From: Candidatus Hadarchaeota archaeon
GTDB lineage: Archaea; CAYQAE01; CAYVLA01
Direction: 5' to 3'
Assembly: GCA_964621445.1 (NCBI GenBank)
Contig: CAZUNO010000004.1
Coordinates: forward strand, 109,413-173,412
DNA length: 64,000 nt
Shown here: positions 40,836 to 50,980 of the stretch, piece by piece
How positions within the stretch are numbered: position 1 is the stretch's first letter
How the letters are laid out: every line of letters starts with the position of its first letter
Made by a program: the position numbers and the translations under genes
The notes under the pieces: generated by a model
The model's input: the letters and a program-made list of their open reading frames with translations, nothing else
Told to the model about the DNA's origin: nothing
Database searches by the model: none

Positions 40836-41731
40836 CCGCCCTTTTCGAATGGGACAAGGTTCATCTCATTGACCTCAAGCTCACCATTTGCATAGACCCT
40901 CACGTGTTGAATCATATATCTCCGGTGCTCCATCTGCCTGACCCTGTGAGGTAGGGTGCTTAGGGTTGATTCCACATTCATCTGTATGAGTATCTGGTCA
41001 TCGGCCTCCGTGTTATCAAAGGTAATTGAACCTGATGGAGGAGCGGCCTCGATAGGAGTCGTATCAGGGGAGAGCTCGGTGGTTTCCTGATAAACGGTCT
41101 CGTTTTGGTTGTGGCTTATCGAGAGGTATTTGATATTTTGACTTCTTCTGTAGAAGAAGTCAGGAACCCCTGTGAAGTATAGTATTTCTCCATTATCCCC
41201 CTTCAAAACCGCATAAACCATCGAGATCTGCCCCAACAGTGAATGATTCAGGAATAGTCCGAGGGTCCTGGAAAAATCATAGATTACTCCGGTGTATTCC
41301 ACGGGATAACTTAAATTGCCACCCCTTGCGGTTACATTCAGAATATCTATGGGGACACTCACATTACCCAGATTCTCTCTCAGAGCGTGGATATCCTTTC
41401 TTGCTTCCATGATTTCTATCGGTTGACTTTGGTTGGGTAAGAATTCAGGATCCGCAAATTCTGGTTTCGGAGCCATGAATAGATTGGTGTATCGGACCTC
41501 CACCTGCTTGAATGCCTCTTTACATATGACACCGAACGTGAAGATCATGGTTTCGCCCCGCGACTGGGTACTCTTGAATTGGGAGGGCCAGTCATTCTTC
41601 GCAAGGTAAACCGGGCTGCCTTCTTCATGACTCCCCAGAGAAATCACGAGCAGAGTGGACAGAATCAGGATGACCACAAGTATTCCTCCCAGCCCACTCT
41701 TGCCGGAATTGACTTTCAATTTATCACCCAC
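40823..41731 (-). CDS. Hypothetical membrane-anchored extracellular protein
   Basis: N-terminal TM segment and six N-X-S/T sequons. Overlaps the next gene. Confidence 0.6.
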   Translation of the reverse strand: MGDKLKVNSGKSGLGGILVVILILSTLLVISLGSHEEGSPVYLAKNDWPSQFKSTQSRGETMIFTFGVICKEAFKQVEVRYTNLFMAPKPEFADPEFLPNQSQPIEIMEARKDIHALRENLGNVSVPIDILNVTARGGNLSYPVEYTGVIYDFSRTLGLFLNHSLLGQISMVYAVLKGDNGEILYFTGVPDFFYRRSQNIKYLSISHNQNETVYQETTELSPDTTPIEAAPPSGSITFDNTEADDQILIQMNVESTLSTLPHRVRQMEHRRYMIQHVRVYANGELEVNEMNLVPFEKGGWSL

Positions 41732-41787
41732 TTTTGACGAACAAACGGTTATTCGTACCCTGCTTTAAATCCTTTCCGGATTCCGGG

Positions 41788-42222
41788 CTACCATTGGTCC
41801 CCGCTTTGGGTAACTAAAAGGCGGAGACCGTCCTCTACGGAACGAACCATAATTTCGTTTCCCTTCCCTATGTCACCGGATTCCGCACGGGCCTTCCATA
41901 TCTCCCCTCTCACTTTCACCCTTCCATCGGGGTTCAGATCCTCAAGGGCCTCCCCCTGGAGCCCGATCATCGATCCAGCCCCCACCCTTTTCTCATTATA
42001 GGCAACGGTGTATACCAACTTCATCTGCAAGGGATACGATATCACCACTATTACCAGGGCGCCGATTACCAGAAAAAAGAACACCGAATTGGAAAGACCG
42101 AATTGGACCTTGGCCACGAAAATAAAGCCCAGAGCCACTAGGAAGTATATCACCCTTAACAGGGCCATTCTGGATTTGGAAAAATCCATCTGTATATCCT
42201 TCGACTTCCCGTTCCCGTTCAC
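41788..42222 (-). CDS. Short NfeD family protein (OB-fold)
   Basis: MIGLQGEALEDLNPDGRVKVRGEIWKA. GTG 42222 overlaps the upstream stop (GTGA) and follows a GAGGAG SD. Confidence 0.85.
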   Translation of the reverse strand: MNGNGKSKDIQMDFSKSRMALLRVIYFLVALGFIFVAKVQFGLSNSVFFFLVIGALVIVVISYPLQMKLVYTVAYNEKRVGAGSMIGLQGEALEDLNPDGRVKVRGEIWKARAESGDIGKGNEIMVRSVEDGLRLLVTQSGDQW

Positions 42223-44780
42223 TTCTCGCGTCTCCTCCTCAAAAAGAGGAGCAAACCCAGCGCCGTTACCAGGCCAAGCACAAAAATCGAGACCCTGATA
42301 AGGGTGGGAACCCACTCCGGTCCTGCTAAGTCATTGGCCATGTCGATTAGATCATTGCATTTCGATTCCTTATATTCCTGATCCAATGCCGCCTCAAAAT
42401 GCGTTTTTGCCGCCGCCGCCAGGGTGGAATTGGAGTGCATGAGCGCCTTTGATAGCGAACGCAGTCCTAAAACGTAATCGCTGGGGGAAAAGGTACACTC
42501 ATAAGCCATCTTGACCGAGTTCCATGCTAGGTCATAGTCCCCCAACTTAAGATAACAGTAGGATGAATCCTCATAAGCCGAGAGTGATTTTTGGTAATCC
42601 TCACCGAAATACCTCAGCTCACCAAGGTTCCAGTATTGCTCGGCAGCCACCTTCCACTCACCCTCCTCCGAATTCTCAGCAGCAAGAGAGGCGAGCTCAT
42701 CACCGCCATGATCAATATCAAGCATTATCTTCATGTCCTTCAGCATGAACTCCATATCCGTATCCCCTGTGACTCTGCTTATCTCCTCCAGGGTGGTGAG
42801 CGCATTTTGCCTGCTGCCCTGGTTTGCCTGGTCCTTCCAATCCAGAGCTTGTTTGAGAAGATCAAGGAACTTTCTATTCGAACTATGCAGTCCGTGATGC
42901 ACGGACTGCACACTGTCCAGGGCTGATCGGGCCCGCTCTAGGTCCCCGGAGATAAGGTAACATAGACCCGAAAATAGCTCATTAACCGTATGGCTTCGGA
43001 AATCGAATACGGATAGATCCTCCTCTGCAATGTCCTGGTATATGGAGGCAGCGGTGGAGTATATCCGTGCATAGGTGGCCAGCACTGCTTGTGTTGACCC
43101 CAGATAGCTTTGATTAAGGGTCTGGGCCATTCTCCTGGCAAGAAAAAGGTCACCGGCTCTGCGATATGATTTCACCAGGCCCTTGGTTAGACTCGTCATT
43201 GAGGCCAGTGATGAGGGGGAGCTCTGAAGGTAGCTACTTACGACCCCTATGAGTTGATCCGAGGCCTGGGAATACGTCTCGGAGGCCAGTCCCGTTTCCC
43301 CCATGCGATACTGGGCATCTGCAATTGAAACCAGTATCAAAGGAGAGTTCTGGGATTGCTCCTCCATAATATTACGCAAGACGGATATCAGTTTCTGGTA
43401 GCTATCGCTAGCCTGGGTCATGTTGCCCGCTTTCCGGTAGTAATCCGCAGCAAGTTTGAGTCTGGAGGCCGCGGAGGAAAGATTTCCGGAAACGATGTCA
43501 CTATTTCCCAGCTGACGGTAAAGGTTGGCCGCATCCGAGTAGGCCTTCTGGTATGTAACATTTCCTGCGATCTTCAATAGAAAACCGGCCTCCGCAAGAT
43601 TCCTAGCGGCCAGGGTATCGTTACCGGAATCCAGAGCATTCTGGCCCATTAGCCGGTAGACGGAGCCAGCAATACCGTTAAGCATCCGGAAACCCGTCTC
43701 ATTTTTGATCACATATCTCAGCTCCGCCGCTGCCGAAAAATTACCCCCCGAATTTCGGTAGTCCTCTTTGTGTCCGAGCAAATACCCAGTTGCCTCCATA
43801 GATGAAGCCAGTTCCCCAATCTTTTCTCTGGAGTAACTCGCCAGGTCTTCGATTCTCCCCGGCATCTCCAGATATCCATAGATGTATAATGACTCCTCAA
43901 GGGGGCTTTTTAGGGAGAGATAGGTGGAGTAATTCCAGGTTGATGGCTCCATAACATGAGACCGATAGGAGTCCGCCGCTGCTTCAAGTTCTTGATTAAC
44001 CCCCTTTTCATCATCATGCTCGGAATAAAAAATGGCAGCGCTGGTATGATAGTAAGCTGCATATGATTTGAACCCCATTTCGGCTGCTAGCTCCGCGGTT
44101 TTGGACATCTGAACTGCGGACTGCTGGACATCGCCAAGAAGCTCGGTGAAGACGGGGAGATAATAGAGGTCCAAAACATCGAAAATTGAAGGATCTCCGT
44201 TTCTCAGGGAGGTGCTTCTCATCTTGTATACCGATTCGTTGAGCTTTGTAAGGGAGTCCTGGAAACGCTCTTTAGATATTGGCAAAAACACCCTGCCCGC
44301 CCTATATAGGGACTTGATCTTGAGGGTGAGATTTGAGCTGATTTCAGCCGACATAAGGTAGGTGTCCCCTGCTTTCTCCTGGGTGACCACGAATTCCCTG
44401 GTTTTGTTGCTGATGTTGTACAGGTAGGCGCTGTTCTCATAGGCCTCGGCCCCGGACAGATAGTATCCATTATCGACAAATGAGTCCCCTGCCCTTCCGT
44501 ACGCAGCCGCCGCATTATCCACCTGCCTTTCGTATTCCTGGAGTGAACCTATGGCCGCGTATATGCTAGCAGACCTTCTATAACTTAGACCAGCAGCGGT
44601 GTAATTTCCGATGCTAATATAGGCCTGAGCAGCTAAATCGTACTTCTGTGCAGCCGTGGCATAATTCCCGGATTCCATGGCCTCCCTAGCCATGTCCTCG
44701 TATTCCTTTGGGGTAACCGAGTTCACATTCGCGGTTAGGGCTAGCAGGATTATGGGAATAAGAATTATGGACCAACGCAT
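42219..44780 (-). CDS. Cell-surface TPR/alpha-SNAP-like repeat protein with signal peptide and C-terminal TM anchor
   Basis: Repeats of the form GNY..AA..Y..AA..Y, about 14 N-glycosylation sequons, and a C-terminal PEWVP-TM-RRRREK. Confidence 0.7.
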   Translation of the reverse strand: MRWSIILIPIILLALTANVNSVTPKEYEDMAREAMESGNYATAAQKYDLAAQAYISIGNYTAAGLSYRRSASIYAAIGSLQEYERQVDNAAAAYGRAGDSFVDNGYYLSGAEAYENSAYLYNISNKTREFVVTQEKAGDTYLMSAEISSNLTLKIKSLYRAGRVFLPISKERFQDSLTKLNESVYKMRSTSLRNGDPSIFDVLDLYYLPVFTELLGDVQQSAVQMSKTAELAAEMGFKSYAAYYHTSAAIFYSEHDDEKGVNQELEAAADSYRSHVMEPSTWNYSTYLSLKSPLEESLYIYGYLEMPGRIEDLASYSREKIGELASSMEATGYLLGHKEDYRNSGGNFSAAAELRYVIKNETGFRMLNGIAGSVYRLMGQNALDSGNDTLAARNLAEAGFLLKIAGNVTYQKAYSDAANLYRQLGNSDIVSGNLSSAASRLKLAADYYRKAGNMTQASDSYQKLISVLRNIMEEQSQNSPLILVSIADAQYRMGETGLASETYSQASDQLIGVVSSYLQSSPSSLASMTSLTKGLVKSYRRAGDLFLARRMAQTLNQSYLGSTQAVLATYARIYSTAASIYQDIAEEDLSVFDFRSHTVNELFSGLCYLISGDLERARSALDSVQSVHHGLHSSNRKFLDLLKQALDWKDQANQGSRQNALTTLEEISRVTGDTDMEFMLKDMKIMLDIDHGGDELASLAAENSEEGEWKVAAEQYWNLGELRYFGEDYQKSLSAYEDSSYCYLKLGDYDLAWNSVKMAYECTFSPSDYVLGLRSLSKALMHSNSTLAAAAKTHFEAALDQEYKESKCNDLIDMANDLAGPEWVPTLIRVSIFVLGLVTALGLLLFLRRRREK

Positions 44781-44924
44781 TAACCCCGAACTCCAAATAG
44801 AAAGGTAAATGACTCGATTTAACTCTTTTCGGATCCTGGATTTTTATGTCCTAGCGCTTGGGAGTTGGGGTCCAGGAAGACTTTTAAATATAGGACCTTG
44901 CTGGAGAGTGTAAGGCGTTTCCAG

Positions 44925-45734
44925 ATGATGAAGCTATCGGCGTTTGCTGACGAAATCCACCAGCCTATCGGAAAGGCACTGGATTTCATCGAGACGAACA
45001 TGGCCCCCATGACCCATGTAGAATTAAGGAAGGTGGCACTCGAGGGCGAGGATTATATTAGAATAGAGGATTTCCAGGGAGAGGAACTGAAACAGCTGAA
45101 GGAGATCCTTGATGAACGGCAGTTTGGGGTGGCCTCGGTTTCCTCGGGCTTCGCCAAATACAAACATGATTCATGGGATGATAAAAAGGAATGGGAAGAG
45201 CAAAAGGACATGTTGAATAGGTCCCTGGAAGTGGCCAGGGTCCTCCACGCCCCCTATACCAGAGCCTTCGGGTTCAGGCGAATCGAGGGATGCGACCTGG
45301 ATGATTGTCTATCCGAGATCGCCAATCGGCTTGGCTGGGCCGCCGATAAGGCCCAGGACGCCGATGTAACTTTGGCCATGGAAACCGAGGGCGGGCTCTA
45401 TGCTGACACCGGTGAGAACGCCAGGCGGATAGCGGAAGCGGTAAATTCTCGATATCTAAAGATCAACTATGACCCCGGTAACAGCTACAATGTCGGGGAT
45501 AGGCCGTGGCCCGATGGTTTCAAGGAGGTAAAGGACTACCTCGGCTTCATGCATGTTAAGAGCATGAGAACTGAAAATGGAAAGAAGATAGATTACTACA
45601 ACATATTCAAGGAAATGAAGGAAATGGGTTTCGACGGCTTCCTATCCAACGAGCACCATACCGGCGGCATGGCTCCAGCTTCCCTGGAACTCCATCAGGA
45701 TATATTACGTATATTCGACCGCATATACAAATAG
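44925..45734 (+). CDS. Sugar phosphate isomerase/epimerase family protein
   Basis: LSAFADEI, LAMETE, NYDPGN, MHVK, SNEHH. TATA TTTAAATA at 44883-44890. Confidence 0.85.
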   Translation: MMKLSAFADEIHQPIGKALDFIETNMAPMTHVELRKVALEGEDYIRIEDFQGEELKQLKEILDERQFGVASVSSGFAKYKHDSWDDKKEWEEQKDMLNRSLEVARVLHAPYTRAFGFRRIEGCDLDDCLSEIANRLGWAADKAQDADVTLAMETEGGLYADTGENARRIAEAVNSRYLKINYDPGNSYNVGDRPWPDGFKEVKDYLGFMHVKSMRTENGKKIDYYNIFKEMKEMGFDGFLSNEHHTGGMAPASLELHQDILRIFDRIYK

Positions 45735-45736
45735 AT

Positions 45737-46573
45737 CTAGAATATAATGGAGTTAAGGTAACGCGCACCGTCTCGGAAACCGTCCTCACGCCCGAAGAAA
45801 CCGTCTTCGTGTTCAATGCTTAGGACGGAGTCGTAGCCATTTTCCTTTAGGGAAGAGATATAGGCGTTCCAATCAATCTCCCCTCTTCCCGGAATTCGAT
45901 ATCGCCACCAACCCCGTTCGTATACCCCTCGGTAATGCATTTTTCTGTAGTTTATCTCCGTGTCCTTGGCGTGGGTATGGAATATACGATCGCTGAGGTG
46001 GTCAACCGCCTCTATATAGTCAATCTGTTGGTGAACGAAGTGGCTAGGATCAAAATTCAGCCCCAGGTAATCATTTGGCACCGACTCAAAAATTAGGTCA
46101 AAGTTATCCAGACCCTGAAGAAGCGTCTCAAACCAGTTCTCCATTGCTAGTTTGATATCGTTGTCCCGGGCATAATCGGCAAGTTCCGAATAGGCTTCCT
46201 TGAAATCCGTCCTTATTGTCTCCTTCTTGTTCTTTCCCGGGCTTGATCTACCAGCCAGACAACACAGAACCGGGACCTCCAGTTCCACACAGGCATCAAT
46301 CGACTTCCTGAAGAAATCTTGGCTTTCCTCTTCTAACAGGATATCAGTTGTGTAATAGGCCAGGCTGGAGATAACCACCTCGTTATCATCAATTACAGCC
46401 TGTACCTTTTTCCTGCCCCCGGAGATAACGTCATCGATATCAATTTGCTTCTTTTCAGGTCCGACAATTACTTCAAGTCCTCCAATATTTGCATTTGAGG
46501 CGAACTCCGCTATCGACCTGAGGGACTCGTTTCTAAAGGGTGCCGTGAGCATTCCGACGTACAAGTGGGTCAC
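45737..46573 (-). CDS. Sugar phosphate isomerase/epimerase family protein
   Basis: LAMEN, LNFDPSH, HTHAKD, YRIPGRGEIDW, SIEHED. Confidence 0.88.
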   Translation of the reverse strand: MTHLYVGMLTAPFRNESLRSIAEFASNANIGGLEVIVGPEKKQIDIDDVISGGRKKVQAVIDDNEVVISSLAYYTTDILLEEESQDFFRKSIDACVELEVPVLCCLAGRSSPGKNKKETIRTDFKEAYSELADYARDNDIKLAMENWFETLLQGLDNFDLIFESVPNDYLGLNFDPSHFVHQQIDYIEAVDHLSDRIFHTHAKDTEINYRKMHYRGVYERGWWRYRIPGRGEIDWNAYISSLKENGYDSVLSIEHEDGFFGREDGFRDGARYLNSIIF

Positions 46574-46645
46574 TTCGTTGAGTGAATTTCTCGCACAGGT
46601 TTAAGTGTTTCGCGAGTATCTTCCGTTCAATTTCGGCAAGAAATA

Positions 46646-47989
46646 TCATTCCAAGCCGATAACCATAATACGCTCATGGTGCCCGGAGGCCAAGGAAAAC
46701 CTCCCTTCAGGTCCCCCCTTGGTACCCACCGATACCACGACCTCCTGATTCCCATTGCCATCCAGGTCTCCAATTGCCAGGGGCACACACATTGTCTCTC
46801 CCCTCCACCTATGCCAATAAACAGGTTCTCCGTCCTCCTTCATCATATGTAGAGAACACTCGAGAGCGCCTTCCGGGTTGAACAATCCCCTTCCATGGGA
46901 CCCACAGATGATTTCCTGTCTACCATCCCCGTCCCAATCCAGGTGATGGGCTCCAGATAAATCGGGAATCGCATGGGCCGCCCAGCGTAGATTGAATTGG
47001 TGATCGAAATAGAGTAATTTCGAGTCCCGGGACCTGATATTTTCGGCCAATAATGAGGTTCCCTTGGAGCTCGGGAACACCCTCAATTCCTGCAAGTGAC
47101 TTGCAAATCGTTCGGGAATGTCCAGACGACGGAGTATTTCACCCTTGCTGGAGGAAACTGCAATTCCCTCGGTGCCATCAAGGTATATTATCTCCCTGCC
47201 TTGATGACCTGATAACCAGTCATAAGCCAGGAGAGAATCGGGATGGTTACCCTTCCCCCGACATGGAAGACTGAACAGATGGGTTCCATCGTGGCGAAAC
47301 CAGTGTATCCTTTCGTGCCCCGAACAACATATCTCACATATGCCGTCCCCATCAATATCGAACATCCAGGTGTTATGGCCATTCCCGTTTTCACTATCAT
47401 ACTCCTTAGCTACCATTATTTCCTCTCCACCCGGGCCGAGGACCATCAAGGATGGGTGGTTCACCATGTTGATTCGAGGACGTGCGTGGTTACGAGTCCA
47501 TCTGAAATCATTTCCAACGGTGAGGGCTAGGTTCAACCCAGCCCCTGGCGTGGCTTTCTTGATATCAAGTCTCGGATTGTTAATGTGATAATCCAAACGT
47601 ACGTGCCACTTAATCGACCCGTCTATGCCGTTTATGCAAATAACATCCCCGTTATATGAGGCTAATAGAACTTCTGGGATACCGTCCTCGTCGATGTCCC
47701 CAAAGCCTAGCTGACTGATTTGATAGGATTTCTCGGGAGGTCCGGTGATATCAGGGCTTAACCATATAGTTGAGCCATCAAGGATGCTGATGGCACGTGC
47801 GCGATTAGAATTTAGGGTCCGGGTTACCAGAGCCCATTCTCCCTCGATGCTGACCAGGAAGCCCTGCCTTATGAACTCCGTCTCCCCGTGGATTTCCGTG
47901 AGGTCAAAATGTTTCTTCAAATATCCCCCAGTTTTCCCCTCCGCATAGATGTCGACGATGGATTCTTCATCCCAGTTCACGATATTCAT
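46646..47989 (-). CDS. FG-GAP/VCBS-repeat beta-propeller protein (PL11-like fold suspected)
   Basis: GDIDEDGIPE, DIDGDGICE, DWDGDGRQE, GDLDGNGNQE; HINNP, GHN and HPD His motifs. Confidence 0.7.
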   Translation of the reverse strand: MNIVNWDEESIVDIYAEGKTGGYLKKHFDLTEIHGETEFIRQGFLVSIEGEWALVTRTLNSNRARAISILDGSTIWLSPDITGPPEKSYQISQLGFGDIDEDGIPEVLLASYNGDVICINGIDGSIKWHVRLDYHINNPRLDIKKATPGAGLNLALTVGNDFRWTRNHARPRINMVNHPSLMVLGPGGEEIMVAKEYDSENGNGHNTWMFDIDGDGICEICCSGHERIHWFRHDGTHLFSLPCRGKGNHPDSLLAYDWLSGHQGREIIYLDGTEGIAVSSSKGEILRRLDIPERFASHLQELRVFPSSKGTSLLAENIRSRDSKLLYFDHQFNLRWAAHAIPDLSGAHHLDWDGDGRQEIICGSHGRGLFNPEGALECSLHMMKEDGEPVYWHRWRGETMCVPLAIGDLDGNGNQEVVVSVGTKGGPEGRFSLASGHHERIMVIGLE

Positions 47990-48003
47990 GGGCAGATACC
48001 CTC

Positions 48004-48762
48004 CTAAAGCTCCCTCCACCCCGATAGGTCCCTTCCCACCATCTCCTCCAATCGAGTGATATCGTTCTCGAACACGAGCTCCAGTTCTTGAATTAGATCG
48101 GGGGACATATCCTTCCTGGGATCTGCCCTTGGGTCATCGGGGTTAATCTCGGTTCCCAGGAGATTGGTTTGAAAATCAGCGTCCACATCAATGAATTCGA
48201 AAAAACTTCTCAGGAATTTTCCCGGTTCCTGGGAGAGGTCCTGGTAGAACATGACCTTGACGCTTGACCTGGGAAATAAATCGAATACGTTTTGGAGATG
48301 TCGACCGTAGAAACGAGGATCCATGTATAAACGAAACCAGGCATGGCCGTGGTGGTGGAGGCATTTCTCCAGGGGGATTCCCGGGCCTCGACGTCCGTCA
48401 AAACCGTACGGCTTATCCTTGAGGTGTACATGGGCCCAGGCGAGATAGAGAGCTTCTATGGGGTGCCTTAAGGTCATGGTTAATTTGATCTTTGGGAGGA
48501 ACCGGGAGATTCTCTCAAGTGCTGGACGATATACAAGGTAGGAATTGCTGAATTCCCCAATAGCTAGCTCGTCCTGTATTTCTGAGAAATAGGTATCCTG
48601 GTACCATTCCAACCCCCGATGTGGATGTACCGTGAAGTAATTCACATTATCGTGGCTAGGGGGAACGTATATCTCTGGATGGCCCTTACACACATTCCAA
48701 AGCCAGCTTGAAGCCGCTTTACTGGCTCCGATATGGATAAAATTAGGGAGCAAATAACCCAC
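48004..48762 (-). CDS. Sulfotransferase family protein
   Basis: LPNFIHIGASKAASSWL, HPEIY, GEFSNSY, LRHP, C-terminal GRDLSGW. Confidence 0.82.
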   Translation of the reverse strand: MGYLLPNFIHIGASKAASSWLWNVCKGHPEIYVPPSHDNVNYFTVHPHRGLEWYQDTYFSEIQDELAIGEFSNSYLVYRPALERISRFLPKIKLTMTLRHPIEALYLAWAHVHLKDKPYGFDGRRGPGIPLEKCLHHHGHAWFRLYMDPRFYGRHLQNVFDLFPRSSVKVMFYQDLSQEPGKFLRSFFEFIDVDADFQTNLLGTEINPDDPRADPRKDMSPDLIQELELVFENDITRLEEMVGRDLSGWREL

Positions 48763-48786
48763 ATCCTCTATTGAAAAAAGGGTGAC

Positions 48787-49959
48787 TTAAGTTTCTGTTT
48801 GAGATCTACCCCTCATGCTCAGGGATATGGCATCAACCGGGCATAACTCGGCACAGAGCCCGCATCCCTGACAGCTCTTCTTGATATGGAAAATCCCATC
48901 GGCCTCCGAAACCGAGTCATATATACAAACCCGTTTGCAGATGCCGCATCCGGTGCATATCTCGGGGTCGATGGCCGCGATTACCTTCCTTCTTCTATCC
49001 ACTTCCGTCGTTGATAGTAGATTCCCGCATGCGTTGCCCCGGAACTCGCCTATTCTGGAGTAACCTTTCCTGGACATGTATCCCCTGAGCTGGTCGAGCA
49101 TGGTGCATATCGCTTCATAGCCGTTTACAACTATGGCAGAGCATGATTGTGTTACCTGAGCCCCCGCCAATAGGCCCTTGACCATATCCATCCCGGACCA
49201 AATCCCCCCGCTGGCGGCGATGGGAATTTTGAGCTTGGGGCTGGCGGCTATTAACCATCTCAATGTGTAGTGAATTGACCACGGTCCACCATGCCCAGCA
49301 AATGACCCATGCATAATTGGTGCCTCCCTATCCATATCGATTTCGAGGCCCGTGAATCTATTGAACATGACCAGGGCATCCGCTCCCGTTTCGCATAATT
49401 TCAAGGCCAGGCTAATGGGATTAGCGGTTTGAGGAGTCATTTTGGGTATGATCGGGATTGACAGCTCCTCCTTGACCATTTTTGTTGCATTGCACATGGG
49501 AGCTGAGACATCTCCCTCGGATAGTATTGCCCTAGCATGGGGACATGAGACATTGAGCTCCAGTCCGTCAGCTCCGGCCTCTTCCATCATTCTCGCATAC
49601 CTTTTCCAGCCCTCATCGGTATTGCATCCTATACTAGCTATGATGGGAATATCGAGTTTCTTTTTTGCCCTGACTATCTCCTTTGCATACCTTTTTTCAT
49701 CGAAAGGGCTCGCCTGTTCATACGAATACAGGACCAGGGAGTCCTTTCCCGGGGGACCCGTATCAAGAATCTTGAATCTTGGAGTTGGGGATTTTCTGGT
49801 GATCACGTCCTCGAAAAGGGTCTTAACGACGACCGCCCCGCAGCCGGCCTCTTCCGCCTTCTTCATCCTTTTGACGGTGCCCGTTACTCCAGCCGGAGAA
49901 ATGAGCAAGGGATTTCGAAGTTCAATTCCAGCATAACTGGTATGCAGGTCCAATGTCAT
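48787..49959 (-). CDS. Dihydroorotate/dihydropyrimidine dehydrogenase (PreA-like) with C-terminal 2x[4Fe-4S]
   Basis: GAVVVKT, LELNVSCPH, PKMTP, FNRF, ASGG, CTGCGICKRVC, CQGCGLCAELCP. Confidence 0.85.
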   Translation of the reverse strand: MTLDLHTSYAGIELRNPLLISPAGVTGTVKRMKKAEEAGCGAVVVKTLFEDVITRKSPTPRFKILDTGPPGKDSLVLYSYEQASPFDEKRYAKEIVRAKKKLDIPIIASIGCNTDEGWKRYARMMEEAGADGLELNVSCPHARAILSEGDVSAPMCNATKMVKEELSIPIIPKMTPQTANPISLALKLCETGADALVMFNRFTGLEIDMDREAPIMHGSFAGHGGPWSIHYTLRWLIAASPKLKIPIAASGGIWSGMDMVKGLLAGAQVTQSCSAIVVNGYEAICTMLDQLRGYMSRKGYSRIGEFRGNACGNLLSTTEVDRRRKVIAAIDPEICTGCGICKRVCIYDSVSEADGIFHIKKSCQGCGLCAELCPVDAISLSMRGRSQTET

Positions 49960-50077
49960 CTCTCATCATCCATCTCTTCTCAGAGATTTGCGCCTATGAA
50001 TATTTCTTTGTTATTCCAATTACAGGAAGGGATGGATATTGGGTTGAGGATGAAAACCGGCATCATTTAAGAGCACA

Positions 50078-50980
50078 GTGGGTGCCAATCCTGTGATGGG
50101 AGAAGGGGAAATATCAGCAAAGGGTGCCGGGCTAATCATCACATCGGGGATACTTTGGGGAACGGTGGCCATTGTGGTGAAGGTCTTGGTCAAGACGGTT
50201 GATCCGAGCCTAATCGCCTTTTCCAGGCTCCTGATGGGGGGCGTGATGATCTCTACCATAGTCGTGGTCAGAGGCATGCCCGTCCGAGAGACCTTTAATC
50301 TGAGGTTAGTGGCAATAGGTGGCTTTGGGATGGCTTTTAATTATCTGCTGTATACCATTGGCCTCCAGTACACTTTGGCCTCGGCGGCATCAATGGTCGT
50401 ACAGTCAGAGGTCATTTTCCTCGTGGTGCTCTCCGTACTGCTGCTAAACGAGAGATTTGGAGCGCGGCGGATTCTTGGAATGATCCTCGCTTTGTCAGGG
50501 GTGGTCATAATTTCCTGGAATGGGCGTGATATCGTTGGTCTTCTGGGCTCGGATTATCTTATGGGAAACGTGATAGTGTTTTTTGCTGGTTTTTTCTGGG
50601 CCATTTATGCCTATTCGCAAAAGAGGTTATCCTCCGAATCGGGCACATTGGTTTCACTGTCACCGATTCTCATGATCTCGAGTCTAGTTTTGCTTCCTCT
50701 TGCCATTCCCTCCTGGGAATCGGTCCTGGATTTTGGGCCATGGCAAATAATTGCTCTGCTTTACCTGGGCTTCATATGCACCGGTGTCTCCTATATTTTC
50801 CTTGCCGAGGGACTTAAGAGGTTGCCTGCCTCCATTGCCGGAGTATTAACCACGGTTATGCCCATCACAGCGGTCATCCTGGCAAATGTCCTTCTAAGGG
50901 AAATTTTAACACCTTACATTATTGTTGGTGCTTTCCTGGATATTTTGGGTATTCTATTGGTCCTCAGAGGAGATGGGTAG
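50078..50980 (+). CDS. DMT/EamA family transporter
   Basis: Ten TM segments in two EamA repeats (LLNERFG, LLREILT). Confidence 0.9.
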   Translation: MGANPVMGEGEISAKGAGLIITSGILWGTVAIVVKVLVKTVDPSLIAFSRLLMGGVMISTIVVVRGMPVRETFNLRLVAIGGFGMAFNYLLYTIGLQYTLASAASMVVQSEVIFLVVLSVLLLNERFGARRILGMILALSGVVIISWNGRDIVGLLGSDYLMGNVIVFFAGFFWAIYAYSQKRLSSESGTLVSLSPILMISSLVLLPLAIPSWESVLDFGPWQIIALLYLGFICTGVSYIFLAEGLKRLPASIAGVLTTVMPITAVILANVLLREILTPYIIVGAFLDILGILLVLRGDG

